Notes: generated by a model from the sequence alone, not told the origin. A stretch of DNA of 64,000 nucleotides from Eledone cirrhosa (GCA_964016885.1 OZ024743.1:91450001-91514000); one strand, 5' to 3'; counted from the stretch's first letter, positions 40,101 through 53,480 are shown. Numbers and translations: made by a program.

Positions 40101-43100
40101 GCTGGGTGCTTTTTGTTGTGACTCCTACATGACCACTTTACATTGTGGGCTGGGTGCTTTTTGTTGTGACTCCTACACAACCACTTTACAGTGTGGGCTT
40201 GGTGCTTTTTGTTGTGACTCCTACATGACCACTTTACAGTGTGGGCTGGGTGCTTTTTGTTGTGACTCCTACACAACCACTTTACAGTGTGGGCTGGGTG
40301 CTTTTTGTTGTGACTCATACATGATCACTTTACAGTGTGGGCTGGGTGCTTTTTGTTGTGACTCCTACACAAGCACTTTACAATGTGGGCTGGGTGCTTT
40401 TTGTTGTGACTCCTACATGACCACTTTACATTGTGGGCTGGGTGCTTTTTGTTGTGACTCCTACACAACCACTTTACAGTGTGGGCTGGGTGCTTTTTGT
40501 TGTGACTCCTACATGACCACTTTACAGTGTGGGCTGGGTGCTTTTTGTTGTGACTCATACACAACCACTTTACAATGTGGGCTTGGTGCTTTTTGTTGTG
40601 ACTCCTACACAACCACTTTACAGTGTGGGCTGGGTGCTTTTTGTTGTGACTCATACATGATCACTTTACAGTGTGGGCTGGGTGCTTTTTGTTGTGACTC
40701 CTACACAACCACTTTACAATGTGGGCTTGGTGCTTTTTGTTGTGACTCCTACACAACCACTTTACAATGTGGGCTTGGTGCTTTTTGTTTGTGACTCCTA
40801 CACAACCACTTTACAGTGTGGGCTGGGTGCTTTTTGTTGTGACTCATACATGATCACTTTACAGTGTGGACTGGGTGCTTTTTGTTGTGACTCCTACACA
40901 ACCACTTTACAGTGTGGGCTGGGTGCTTTTTGTTGTGACTCATACATGATCACTTTACAGTGTGGGCTGGGTGCTTTTTGTTGTGACTCCTACACAAGCA
41001 CTTTACAATGTGGGCTGGGTGCTTTTTGTTGTGACTCCTACATGACCACTTTACATTGTGGGCTGGGTGCTTTTTGTTGTGACTCCTACACAACCACTTT
41101 ACAGTGTGGGCTTGGTGCTTTTTGTTGTGACTCCTACACGACCACTTTACAGTGTGGGCTGGGTGCTTTTTGTTGTGACTCATACATGATCACTTTACAG
41201 TGTGGGCTGGGTGCTTTTTGTTGTGACTCCTACACAACCACTTTACAGTGTGGGCTGGGTGCTTTTTGTTGTGACTCCTCCACAACCACTATACAGTGTG
41301 GCCTGGGTGCTTTTTGTTGTGACACCTACACAACCACTTTACAGTGTGGGCTGGGTGCTTTTTGTTGTGACTCCTACACAACCACTTTACAGTGTGGGCT
41401 GGGTGCTTTTTGTTGTGACTCATACATGATCACTTTACAGTGTGGGCTGGGTGCTTTTTGTTGTGACTCCTACACAACCACTTTACAGTGTGGGCTGGGT
41501 GCTTTTTGTTGTGACTCCTCCACAACCACTATACAGTGTGGCCTGGGTGCTTTTTGTTGTGACACCTACACAACCACTTTACAGTGAGGGCTTTGTGCTT
41601 TTTGTTGTGACTCCTACATGATCACTTTACAGTGTGGACTGGTTGCTTTTGTTGTGACACCTACATGACCACTTTACAGTGTGGGTGGGTGCTTTTTGTT
41701 GTGACTCCTACACAACCACTTTACAGTGTGGGCTGGGTGCTTTTTGTTGTGACTCCTACACAAACACTTTACAGTGTGGGCTGGGTGCTTTTTGTTGTGA
41801 CTCATACATGATCACTTTACAGTGTGGACTGGGTGCTTTTTGTTGTGACTCCTACACAACCACTTTACAGTGTGGGCTGGGTGCTTTTTGTTGTGACTCA
41901 TACATGATCACTTTACAGTGTGGGCTGGGTGCTTTTTGTTGTGACTCCTACACAACCACTTTACAGTGTGGGCTGGGTGCTTTTTGTTGTGACTCCTCCA
42001 CAACCACTATACAGTGTGGCCTGGGTGCTTTTTGTTGTGACACCTACACAGCCACTTTACAGTGTGGACTGGGTGCTTTTTGTTGTGACTCCTACACAAC
42101 CACTATACAGTGTGGCCTGGGTGCTTTTTGTTGTGACTCCTACACAACCAATTTACAGTAGTGGGCTGGGTGCTTTTTGTTGTGACTCCTACATGACCAC
42201 TTTACAGTGAGGACTGGTTGCTTTTTGTTGTGACTCCTACACAACCACTTTACAGTGTGGGCTGGGTGCTTTTTGTTGTGACTCCTACACAACCACTTTA
42301 CAGTGTGGGCTGGGTGCTTTTCGTTGTGACTCATACATGATCACTTTTCAGTGTGGGCTGGGTGCTTTTTGTTGTGACTCCTAAACAACCACTTTACAGT
42401 GTGGGCTGGGTGCTTTTTGTTGTGACTCCTCCACAACCACAATACAGTGTGGCCTGGGTGCTTTTTGTTGTGACACCTACACAACCACTTTACGGTGTGG
42501 GCTGGGTGCTTTTTGTTGTGACTCCTACATGACCACTTTACAGTGTGGACTGGTTGCTTTTTGTTGTGACTCCTACACAACCACTTTACAGTGTAGGCTG
42601 GGTGCTTTTTGTTGTGACTCATACATGACCACTTTACAGTGTGGGCTGGGTGCTTTTTGTTGTGACTCCTACACAACCACTTTACAGTGTGGGCTGGGTG
42701 CTTTTTGTTGTGACTTCTACACAACCACTTTACAGTGTGGGCTGGGTGCTTTTTGTTGTGACTCCTACACAACCATTTTACAGTGTGGACTGGTTGCTTT
42801 TTGTTGTGACTCCTACACAACCACTTTACAGTGTAGGCTGGGTGCTTTTTGTTGTGACTCATACATGACCACTTTACAGTGTGGACTGAGTGTTTTTTGT
42901 TGTGACTCCTACACAACCACTTTACAGTGTGGGCTGGGTGCTTTTTGTTGTGACTCCTATATGACCACTTTACAGTCTGGGCTGGGTGCTTTTTGTTGTG
43001 ACTCCTACATGACCACTTTACAGTGTGGACTGAGTGTTTTTTGTTGTGACTCCTACACAACCACTTTACAGTGTGGGCTGGGTGCTTTTTGTTGTGACTC

Positions 43101-46100
43101 CTATATGACCACTTTACAGTCTGGGCTGGGTGCTTTTTGTTGTGACTCCTACATGACCACTTTACATTGTGGGCTGGGTGCTTTTTGTTGTGACTCCTAC
43201 ACAACCACTATACAGTGTGGCCTGGGTGCTTTTTGTTGTGACACCTACACAACCACTTTACAGTAGTGGGCTGGGTGCTTTTTGTTGTGACTCCTACATG
43301 ACCACTTTACAGTGTGGACTGGTTGCTTTTTGTTGTGACTCCTACACAACCACTTTACAGTGTGGGCTGGGTGCTTTTTGTTGTGACTCCTACACAACCA
43401 CTTTACAGTGTGGGCTGGGTGCTTTTTGTTGTGACTCATACATGATCACTTTTCAGTGTGGACTGGGTGCTTTTTGTTGTGACTCCTAAACAAACACTTT
43501 ACAGTGTGGGCTGGGTGCTTTTTGTTGTGACTCCTCCACAACCACTATACAGTGTGGCCTGGGTGCTTTTTGTTGTGACACCTACACAACCACTTTACGG
43601 TGTGGGCTGGGTGCTTTTTGTTGTGACTCCTACATGACCACTTTACAGTGTGGACTGGTTGCTTTTTGTTGTGACTCCTACACAACCACTTTACAGTGTA
43701 GGCTGGGTGCTTTTTGTTGTGACTCATACATGACCACTTTACAGTGTGGACTGAGTGTTTTTTGTTGTGACTCCTACACAACCACTTTACAGTGTGGGCT
43801 GGGTGCTTTTTGTTGTGACTCATACATGATCACTTTACAGTGTGGACTGGGTGCTTTTTGTTGTGACTCCTACACAACCACTTTACAGTGTGGGCTGGGT
43901 GATTTTGTTGTGACTCCTCCACAACCACTATACAGTGTGGACTGGGTGCTTTTTGTTGTGACACCTACACAACCACTTTACAGTGTGGGCTGGGTGCTTT
44001 TTGTTGTGACTCCTACACAACCACTTTACAGTGTGGGCTGGGTGCTTTTTGTTGTGACTCCTACATGACCACTTTACATTGTGGGCTGGGTGATTTTTGT
44101 TGTGACTCCTACATGACCACTTTACAGTGTGGACTGGTTGCTTTTTGTTGTGACTCCTACACAACCACTTTACAGTGTGGGCTGGGTGCTTTTTGTTGTG
44201 ACTCCTACACAACCACTTTACAGTGTGGGCTGGGTGCTTTTTGTTGTGACTCCTACATGACCACTTTACATTGTGGGCTGAGTGCTTTTTGTTGTGACTC
44301 ATACATGACCACTTTACATTGTGGGCTGGGTGCTTTTTGTTGTGACTCCTACATGACCACTTTACAGTGTGGACTGGTTGCTTTTTGTTGTGACTCCTAC
44401 ACAACCACTTTACGGTGTGGGCTGGGTGCTTTTTGTTGTGACTCCTACATGACCACTTCACATTGTGGGCTGAGTGCTTTTTGTTGTGACTCCTACATGA
44501 CCACTTTACAGTGTGGACTGGTTGCTTTTTGTTGTGACTCCTACACAACCACTATACAGTGTGGGCTGGGTGATTTGTTGTGACTCATACATGTCTCACT
44601 TTACAGTGTGGACTGGGTGCTTTTTGTTGTGACTCCTACACAACCACTTTACAGTGTGGGCTGGGTGCTTTTTGTTGTGACTCCTACATGACCACTTTAC
44701 ATTGTGGGCTGAGTGCTTTTTGTTGTGACTCCTACATAACCACTTTACAGTGTGGACTGGTTGCTTTTTGTTGTGACTCCTACACAACCACTTTACAGTG
44801 TGGGCTGGGTGTTTTTGTTGTGACTCATACATGTCTCACTTTACAGTGTGGACTGGGTGCTTTTTGTTGTGACTCCTACACAACCACTATACAATATGGC
44901 CTGGGTGCTTTTTGTTGTGACACCTACACAACCACTTTACAGTGTGGACTGGTTGCTTTATGTTGTGACTCCTACACAACCACTTTACAGTGTGGGCTGG
45001 GTGCTTTTTGCTGTGACTCATACATGATCACTTTACAGTGTGGACTGGGTGCTTTTTGTTGTGACTCCTACACAACCACTTTACAGTGTGGGCTGGGTGC
45101 TTTTTGTTGTGACTCCTCCACAACCACTATACAGTGTGGCCTGGGTGCTTTTTGTTGTGACACCTACACAACCACTTTACAGTGAGGGCTGGGTGCTTTT
45201 TGTTGTGACTCATACATGATCACTTTACAGTGTGGACTGGGTGCTTTTTGTTGTGACTCCTACACAACCACTTTACAGTGTGGGCTGGGTGCTTTTTGTT
45301 GTGACTCCTACACAACCACTTTACAGTGTGGGCTGGGTGCTTTTTGTTGTGACTCATACATGACCACTTTACAGTGTGGGCTGGGTGCTTTTTGTTGTGA
45401 CTCCTACACAACCACTATACAGTGTGGGCTGGGTGCTTTTTGTTGTGACACCTACACAACCACTTTACAGTGTGGGCTGGGTGCTTTTTGTTGTGACTCC
45501 TACACAACCACTTTACAGTGTGGGCTGGGTGCTTTTTGTTGTGACTCCTACACAACCACTTTACAGTGTGGGCTGGGTGCTTTTTGTTGTGACTCATACA
45601 TGATCACTTTACAGTGTGGACTGGGTGCTTTTTGTTGTGACTCCTACACAACCACTTTACAGTGTGGGCTGGGTGCTTTTTGTTGTGACTCCTCCACAAC
45701 CACTATACAGTGTGGCCTGGGTGCTTTTTGTTGTGACACCTACACAACCACTTTACAGTGAGGGCTGGGTGCTTTTTGTTGTGACTCATACATGATCACT
45801 TTACAGTGTGGGCTGGGTGCTTTTTGTTGTGACTCCTACACAACCGCTTTACAGTGTGGGCTGGGTGCTTTTTGTTGTGACTCCTCCACAACCACTTTTC
45901 AGTGTGGGCTGGGTATTTTTTGATGTGACTCCTACATGACCACTTTACAGTGTGGGCTGGTTGCTTTTTGTTGTGACTCCTACACAACCACTTTACAGTG
46001 TGGGCTGGGTGCTTTTTGTTGTGACTCATACATGACCACTTTACAGTGTGGGCTGGGTGCTTTTTGTTGTGACTCATACATGATCACTTTACAGTGTGGG

Positions 46101-49100
46101 CTGGGTGCTTTTTGTTGTGACACCTACACAACCACTTTACAGTGAGGGCTTTGTGCTTTTTGTTGTGACTCCTACATGATCACTTTACAGTGTGGACTGG
46201 TTGCTTTTGTTGTGACACCTACATGACCACTTTACAGTGTGTGTGGGTGCTTTTTGTTGTGACTCCTACACAACCACTTTACAGTGTGGGCTGGGTGCTT
46301 TTTGTTGTGACTCCTACACAAACACTTTACAGTGTGGGCTGGGTGCTTTTTGTTGTGACTCCTACACAAACACTTTACAGTGTGGGCTGGGTGCTTTTTG
46401 TTGTGACTCCTACATGACCACTTTACATTGTGGGCTGGGTGCTTTTTGTTGTGACTCCTACACAACCACTTTACAGTGTGGGCTGGGTGCTTTTTGTTGT
46501 GACTCATACATTATCACTTTACAGTGTGGACTGGGTGCTTTTTGTTGTGACTCCTACACAACCACTTTACAGTGTGGGCTGGGTGCTTTTTGTTGTGACT
46601 CATACATGATCACTTTACAGTGTGGGCTGGGTGCTTTTTGTTGTGACTCCTACACAACCACTTTACAGTGTGGGCTGGGTGCTTTTTGTTGTGACTCCTA
46701 CATGACCACTTTACATTGTGGGCTGGGTGCTTTTTGTTGTGACTCCTACACAACCACTTTACAGTGTGGGCTTGGTGCTTTTTGTTGTGACTCCTACACA
46801 ACCACTTTACAATGTGGGCTGGGTGCTTTTTGTTGTGACTCATACATGATCACTTTACAGTGTGGGTTGGGTGCTTTTTGTTGTGACTCCTACACAACCA
46901 CTTTACAGTGTGGGCTGGGTGCTTTTTGTTGTGACTCCTCCACAACCACTATACAGTGTGGCCTGGGTGCTTTTTGTTGTGACACCTACACAACCACTTT
47001 ACAGTGTGGGCTGGGTGCTTTTTGTTGTGACTCCTACACAACCACTTTACAGTGTGGGCTGGGTGCTTTTTGTTGTGACTCATACATGATCACTTTACAG
47101 TGTGGACTGGGTGCTTTTTGTTGTGACTCCTACACAACCACTTTACAGTGTGGGCTGGGTGCTTTTTGTTCTGACTCCTCCACAACCACTATACAGTGTG
47201 GCCTGGGTGCTTTTTGTTGTGACACCTACACAACCACTTTACAGTGAGGGCTGGGTGCTTTTTGTTGTGACTCCTACATGATCACTTTACAGTGTGGACT
47301 GGTTGCTTTTATTGTGACACCTACATGACCACTTTACAGTGTGGGTGGGTGCTTTTTGTTGTGACTCCTACACAACCACTTTACAGTGTGGGCTGGGTGC
47401 TTTTTGTTGTGACTCCTACACAAACACTTTACAGTGTGGGCTGGGTGCTTTTTGTTGTGACTCCTACACAACCACTTTACAGTGTGGGCTGGGTGCTTTT
47501 TGTTGTGACTCCTACACAACCACTTTACAGTGTGGGCTGGGTGCTTTTTGTTGTGACTCATACATGACCACTTTACATTGTGGGCTGGGTGCTTTTTGTT
47601 GTGACTCCTACATGACCACTTTACAGTGTGGAGTGGATGCTTTTTGTTGTGACTCCTACATAACCACTTTACAGTGTGGGCTGGGTGTTTTTTGTTGTGA
47701 CTCATATATGATCACTTTACAGTGTGGACTGGGTGCTTTTTGTTGTGACTCCTACATGACCACTTTACAGTGTGGAGTGGGTGCTTTTTGTTGTGACTCC
47801 TACATAACCACTTTACAGTGTGGGCTGGGTGTTTTTTGTTGTGACTCATATATGATCACTTTACAGTGTGGACTGGGTGCTTTTTGTTGTGACTCCTACA
47901 CAACCACTTTACAGTGTGGACTGGTTGCTTTTTGTTGTGACTCCTACACAACCACTTTACAGTGTGGGCTGGGTGCTTTTTGTTGTGACTCATACATGAC
48001 CACTTTACAGTGTGGACTGGTTGCTTTTTGTTGTGACTCCTACACAACCACTTTACAGTGTGGGCTGGGTGATTTGTTGTGACTCATACATGTCTCACTT
48101 TACAGTGTGGACTTGGTGCTTTTTGTTGTGACTCCTACACAACCACTTTACAGTGTGGGCTGGGTGCTTTTTGTTGTGACTCCTACATGACCACTTTACA
48201 TTGTGGGCTGAGTGCTTTTTGTTGTGACTCCTACATAACCACTTTACAGTGTGGACTGGTTGCTTTTTGTTGTGACTCCTACACAACCACTTTACAGTGT
48301 GGGCTGGGTGTTTTTGTTGTGACTCATACATGTCTCACTTTACAGTGTGGACTGGGTGCTTTTTGTTGTGACTCCTACACAACCACTTTACAGTGTGGGC
48401 TGGGTGCTTTTTGTTGTGACTCCTCCACAACCACTATACAATATGGCCTGGGTGCTTTTTGTTGTGACACCTACACAACCACTTTACAGTGTGGACTGGT
48501 TGCTTTATGTTGTGACTCCTACACAACCACTTTACAGTGTGGGCTGGTGCTTTTTGTTGTGACTCATACATGATCACTTTACAGTGTGGACTGGGTGCTT
48601 TTTGTTGTGACTCCTACACAACCACTTTACAGTGTGGGCTGGGTGCTTTTTGTTGTGACTCCTCCACAACCACTATACAGTGTGGCCTGGGTGCTTTTTG
48701 TTGTGACACCTACACCTCCACTTTACAGTGAGGGCTGGGTGCTTTTTGTTGTGACTCATACATGATCACTTTACAGTGTGGACTGGGTGCTTTTTGTTGT
48801 GACTCCTACACAACCACTTTACAGTGTGGGCTGGGTGCTTTTTGTTGTGACTCCTACACAACCACTTTACAGTGTGGGCTGGGTGCTTTTTGTTGTGACT
48901 CATACATGACCACTTTACAGTGTGGGCTGGGTGCTTTTTGTTGTGACTCCTACACAACCACTATACAGTGTGGGCTGGGTGCTTTTTGTTGTGACACCTA
49001 CACAACCACTTTACAGTGTGGGCTGGGTGCTTTTTGTTGTGACTCCTACACAACCACTTTACAGTGTGGGCTGGGTGCTTTTTGTTGTGACTCATACATG

Positions 49101-52032
49101 ATCACTTTACAGTGTGGACTGGGTGCTTTTTGTTGTGACTCCTACACAACCACTTTACAGTGTGGGCTGGGTGCTTTTTGTTGTGACTCCTCCACAACCA
49201 CTATACAGTGTGGCCTGGGTGCTTTTTGTTGTGACACCTACACAACCACTTTACAGTGAGGGCTGGGTGCTTTTTGTTGTGACTCATACATGATCACTTT
49301 ACAGTGTGGGCTGGGTGCTTTTTGTTGTGACTCCTACACAACCACTTTACAGTGTGGGCTGGGTTTTTTTTGTTGTGACTCCTCCACAACCACTTTTCAG
49401 TGTGGGCTGGGTATTTTTTGATGTGACTCCTACATGACCACTTTACAGTGTGGGCTGGTTGCTTTTTGTTGTGACTCCTACACAACCACTTTACAGTGTG
49501 GGCTGGGTGCTTTTTGTTGTGACTCATACATGACCACTTTACAGTGTGGGCTGGGTGCTTTTTGTTGTGACTCATACATGATCACTTTACAGTGTGGGCT
49601 GGGTGCTTTTTGTTGTGACACCTACACAACCACTTTACAGTGAGGGCTTTGTGCTTTTTGTTGTGACTCCTACATGATCACTTTACAGTGTGGACTGGTT
49701 GCTTTTGTTGTGACACCTACATGACCACTTTACAGTGTGGGTGGGTGCTTTTTGTTGTGACTCCTACACAACCACTTTACAGTGTGGGCTGGGTGCTTTT
49801 TGTTGTGACTCCTACACAAACACTTTACAGTGTGGGCTGGGTGCTTTTTGTTGTGACTCCTACACAAACACTTTACAGTGTGGGCTGGGTGCTTTTTGTT
49901 GTGACTCCTACATGACCACTTTACATTGTGGGCTGGGTGCTTTTTGTTGTGACTCCTACACAACCACTTTACAGTGTGGGCTGGGTGCTTTTTGTTGTGA
50001 CTCATACATGATCACTTTACAGTGTGGACTGGGTGCTTTTTGTTGTGACTCCTACACAACCACTTCACAGTGTGGGCTGGGTGCTTTTTGTTGTGACTCA
50101 TACATGATCACTTTACAGTGTGGGCTGGGTGCTTTTTGTTGTGACTCCTACACAACCACTTTACAGTGTGGGCTGGGTGCTTTTTGTTGTGACTCCTACA
50201 TGACCACTTTACATTGTGGGCTGGGTGCTTTTTGTTGTGACTCCTACACAACCACTTTACAGTGTGGGCTTGGTGCTTTTTGTTGTGACTCCTACACAAC
50301 CACTTTACAATGTGGGCTGGGTGCTTTTTGTTGTGACTCATACATGATCACTTTACAGTGTGGGATGGGTGCTTTTTGTTGTGACTCCTACACAACCACT
50401 TTACAGTGTGGGCTGGGTGCTTTTTGTTGTGACTCCTCCACAACCACTATACAGTGTGGCCTGGGTGCTTTTTGTTGTGACACCTACACAACCACTTTAC
50501 AGTGTGGGCTGGGTGCTTTTTGTTGTGACTCCTACACAACCACTTTACAGTGTGGGCTGGGTGCTTTTTGTTGTGACTCATACATGATCACTTTACAGTG
50601 TGGACTGGGTGCTTTTTGTTGTGACTCCTACACAACCACTTTACAGTGTGGGCTGGGTGCTTTTTGTTCTGACTCCTCCACAACCACTATACAGTGTGGC
50701 CTGGGTGCTTTTTGTTGTGACACCTACACAACCACTTTACAGTGAGGGCTGGGTGCTTTTTGTTGTGACTCCTACATGATCACTTTACAGTGTGGACTGG
50801 TTGCTTTTATTGTGACACCTACATGACCACTTTACAGTGTGGGTGGGTGCTTTTTGTTGTGACTCCTACACAACCACTTTACAGTGTGGGCTGGGTGCTT
50901 TTTGTTGTGACTCCTACACAACCACTTTACAGTGTGGGCTGGGTGCTTTTTGTTGTGACTCATACATGACCACTTTACATTGTGGGCTGGGTGCTTTTTG
51001 TTGTGACTCCTACATGACCACTTTACAGTGTGGGTGGGTGCTTTTTGTTGTGACTCCTACACAACCACTTTACAGTGTGGGCTGGGTGCTTTTTGTTGTG
51101 ACTCCTACACAAACACTTTACAGTGTGGGCTGGGTGATTTTTGTTGTGACTCCTACATGACCACTTTACATTGTGGGCTGGGTGCTTTTTGTTGTGACTC
51201 CTACATGACCACTTTACAGTGTGGACTGGTTGCTTTTGTTGTGACACCTACATGACCACTTTACAGTGTGGGTGGGTGCTTTTTGTTGTGACTCCTACAC
51301 AACGACTTTACAGTGTGGGCTGGGTGCTTTTTGTTGTGACTCCTACACAACCACTTTTCAGTATGGGCTGGGTGTTTTTTGTTGTGACTCCTACATGACC
51401 ACTTTACAGTGTGGCCTGGGTGCTTTTTGTTGTGACTCCTACATGACCACTTTACAGTGTGGACTGGTTGCTTTTTGTTGTGACTCCTACACAACCACTT
51501 TACAGTGTGGGCTGGGTGCTTTTTGTTGTGACTCCTACACAACCATTTTACAGTGTGGACTGGTTGCTTTTTGTTGTGACTCCTACACAACCACTTTACA
51601 GTGTAGGCTGGGTGCTTTTTGTTGTGACTCATACATGACCACTTTACAGTGTGGACTGAGTGTTTTTTGTTGTGACTCCTACACAACCACTTTACAGTGT
51701 GGGCTGGGTGCTTTTTGTTGTGACTCCTACACAACCACTTTACAGTGTGGGCTGGGTGCGTTTTGTTGTGACTCCTACATGACCACTTTACAGTGTGGGA
51801 TGGGTGCTTTTGTTGTGACTCCTACATGACCACTTTACAGTGTGGGCTGAGTGCTTTTTGTTGTGATTCCTACACAACCACTTTACAGTGTGGGCGGGTG
51901 CTTTTTGTTGTGACTCCTACACAACCACTTTACAGTGTGGGTTGGGGGCTTTTTGTTGTGACTCCTACACAACCACTTTACAGTGTGGGTTGGGGGCTTT
52001 TTGCTGTGTTGCTATCACAACCATTTCACAGT
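13171..52032. repeat. 48-bp satellite array, about 810 monomers; consensus CCACTTTACAGTGTGGGCTGGGTGCTTTTTGTTGTGACTCCTACACAA
   Basis: Continuous head-to-tail monomers with few diagnostic variants and occasional 1-bp indels; copy number is length/48. Confidence 0.99.
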
Positions 52033-52125
52033 CAAGCCCCAGTATCTAATTATCTCTCTCTTCTCAGTATTGTGGGCAGCAGTGCCAGGGTTTGTAGCTG
52101 AATTGACAAGGCTGGAGGCAGAGAA
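52003..52125 (-). mobile_element. Upstream (5'-side) remnant of the host SINE family A copy
   Basis: gctgtgttgctatcacaaccatttcacagt..gccccagtatctaattatctc resembles reverse complement of 58698-58759 (gccgtggcacctccacgactactttgcagt..gaccccagtcctatcatctc); tttgtagctga..ctggag resembles tttctacagctgagtaaactggag. Confidence 0.55.
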
Positions 52126-52352
52126 CGTGTTTCAACATATTGTGTCTCAGATGAGCTACTAGTTTTTACCATCTCCCTTCCTCATTTGTACCATCCCTAA
52201 TTCTAGCTATCTGCAGTTTGATTTGATCCCTCCCCCTCCACCTTTGATCCCTCCACTTTCCCCTCCTCTTTTTTCATTTATTTTTTCTTCTCCACCCCCA
52301 CCCACCGCAATGTTTGTTTTTCATAATACCTTTATTATTGCATGTTTTTGTT

Positions 52353-52546
52353 GGGCGGTGGATTGGCAGTATCGGTAGAGGGTCGGACGCCATGCTTTGT
52401 TGCAAAGAGTTACGGCCCTTTATGGTCTGAGTTCAAATCTCGCCAGGGTCAACTTTGCCTTTCATCCTTACGGGTTCGATAAAATAAAGTACCAGTAATG
52501 CACTGGGATAATTGCTGGCCTTGTGCCAAAAGTAGAAATAATTATT
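52353..52546 (+). mobile_element. SINE family B copy
   Basis: ggcggtggattggcagtatcggtag head, gagttcaaatc B box, gcctttcatccttacgggttcgataaaataaagtaccag core, gccttgtgccaaaagtagaaa end. Confidence 0.85.
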
Positions 52547-53109
52547 GTATATTTTTGTTAAAATAAAGACATATTCTCACTTCATTTCAAACCTATGACC
52601 TCCTTACAATGAAAAGCAAATTTGTCACACTGATTGGCCCTGATTGGTCTAAAGTACATACTCAGCCAACCAAATACTGTGGTGGTGACGGTGGTGACAG
52701 TTGTGGTGGCGGTGACGGTGGTGATTGTGGTGGTGGTGGAAGTGGTAGTGACAGTTGTGGTCATGGGGGTAAAGGCAGAGGTAGTGGTGGTGTTGAGCTG
52801 AAAAATAGAATTTGAAAGAAACAAATTTATTTGAATAGTTAAAGTTGAATGGTTGTATATGAAAGGGAGAGAAGGGGTGGTGGAGAGAGAGAGTGAGAGA
52901 TACAGACAGACAAAGAGAGAAAGACGTGGAGAAAGAGAGTGAGAGAAAGACAAATAGACAGAGACATGGAGATTGAAACATACAGACAGTCAGAGAGAGA
53001 GAGAGATGAAGAAAGAGGGAGGGAGAGAAGTACGTAATAACACCTTTATACAATACTAGACCACCCGTAACCCCTTGGGTCTTTTTCAATTAAAATATTT
53101 TTTTAAATA

Positions 53110-53480
53110 CCGTATTTCCCGGCGTCGAAGATGCGACCTTTTTCCTAAAATAAGTCTCAAAAATCTACCGTGTGTATTGGAGGCCGAAGGTTCTTTATTA
53201 TTTTTTTCCAAATTGCGGTGGATTGGCAGTATCGGTAGAGGGTCGGACACCATGCTTTGACGCATAGAGTTACGGCCCTTTCCATTCTGAGTTCAAATCC
53301 CGCCGAGGTTAACTTTGCCTTTCATCCTTACGGGGACGATAAAATAAAGAACCAGTCATGTACTGGCTAATTGCTGGCCTTGTGCCTAAAGTAGAAACAA
53401 TTATTTTTTTCAAAATTTTTGGTTGTCAAAATTAGGGTGGGTCTTCGAGGATGAAGCGTCTTTGGTGCCGGCAAATGTGG
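53110..53480. mobile_element. pogo/Tigger-like MITE with TA TSD, carrying a nested SINE B
   Basis: TA|ccgtatttcccggcgt ... gtgccggcaaatgtgg|TA imperfect TIRs. Confidence 0.7.
53215..53400 (+). mobile_element. SINE family B copy nested in the MITE
   Basis: Same sequence as 52353-52546; flanked by imperfect ttattttttt.c.aaatt duplication. Confidence 0.85.

Noticed and set aside
13171-52032. CRISPR-like array
   Set aside because: No unique spacers, no cas genes, eukaryotic context.
13171-52032. Iron-responsive element (CAGTGT) in each monomer
   Set aside because: No bulged C at the right position and the upper stem is mostly G-U or mismatched.
13171-52032. G-quadruplex array
   Set aside because: Only two GGG tracts per 48 bp with a ~40-nt loop to the next pair.
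13096-52101. Long ORFs of 16-aa repeats (CCDSYTTTLQCGLGAF; HNKKHPAHTVKWLCRS) as Cys- or His-rich structural proteins
   Set aside because: The monomer is 48 bp and stop-free in several frames by chance; 1-bp indels and stops are duplicated freely, there is no unique N- or C-terminus, and the unit derives from a SINE.
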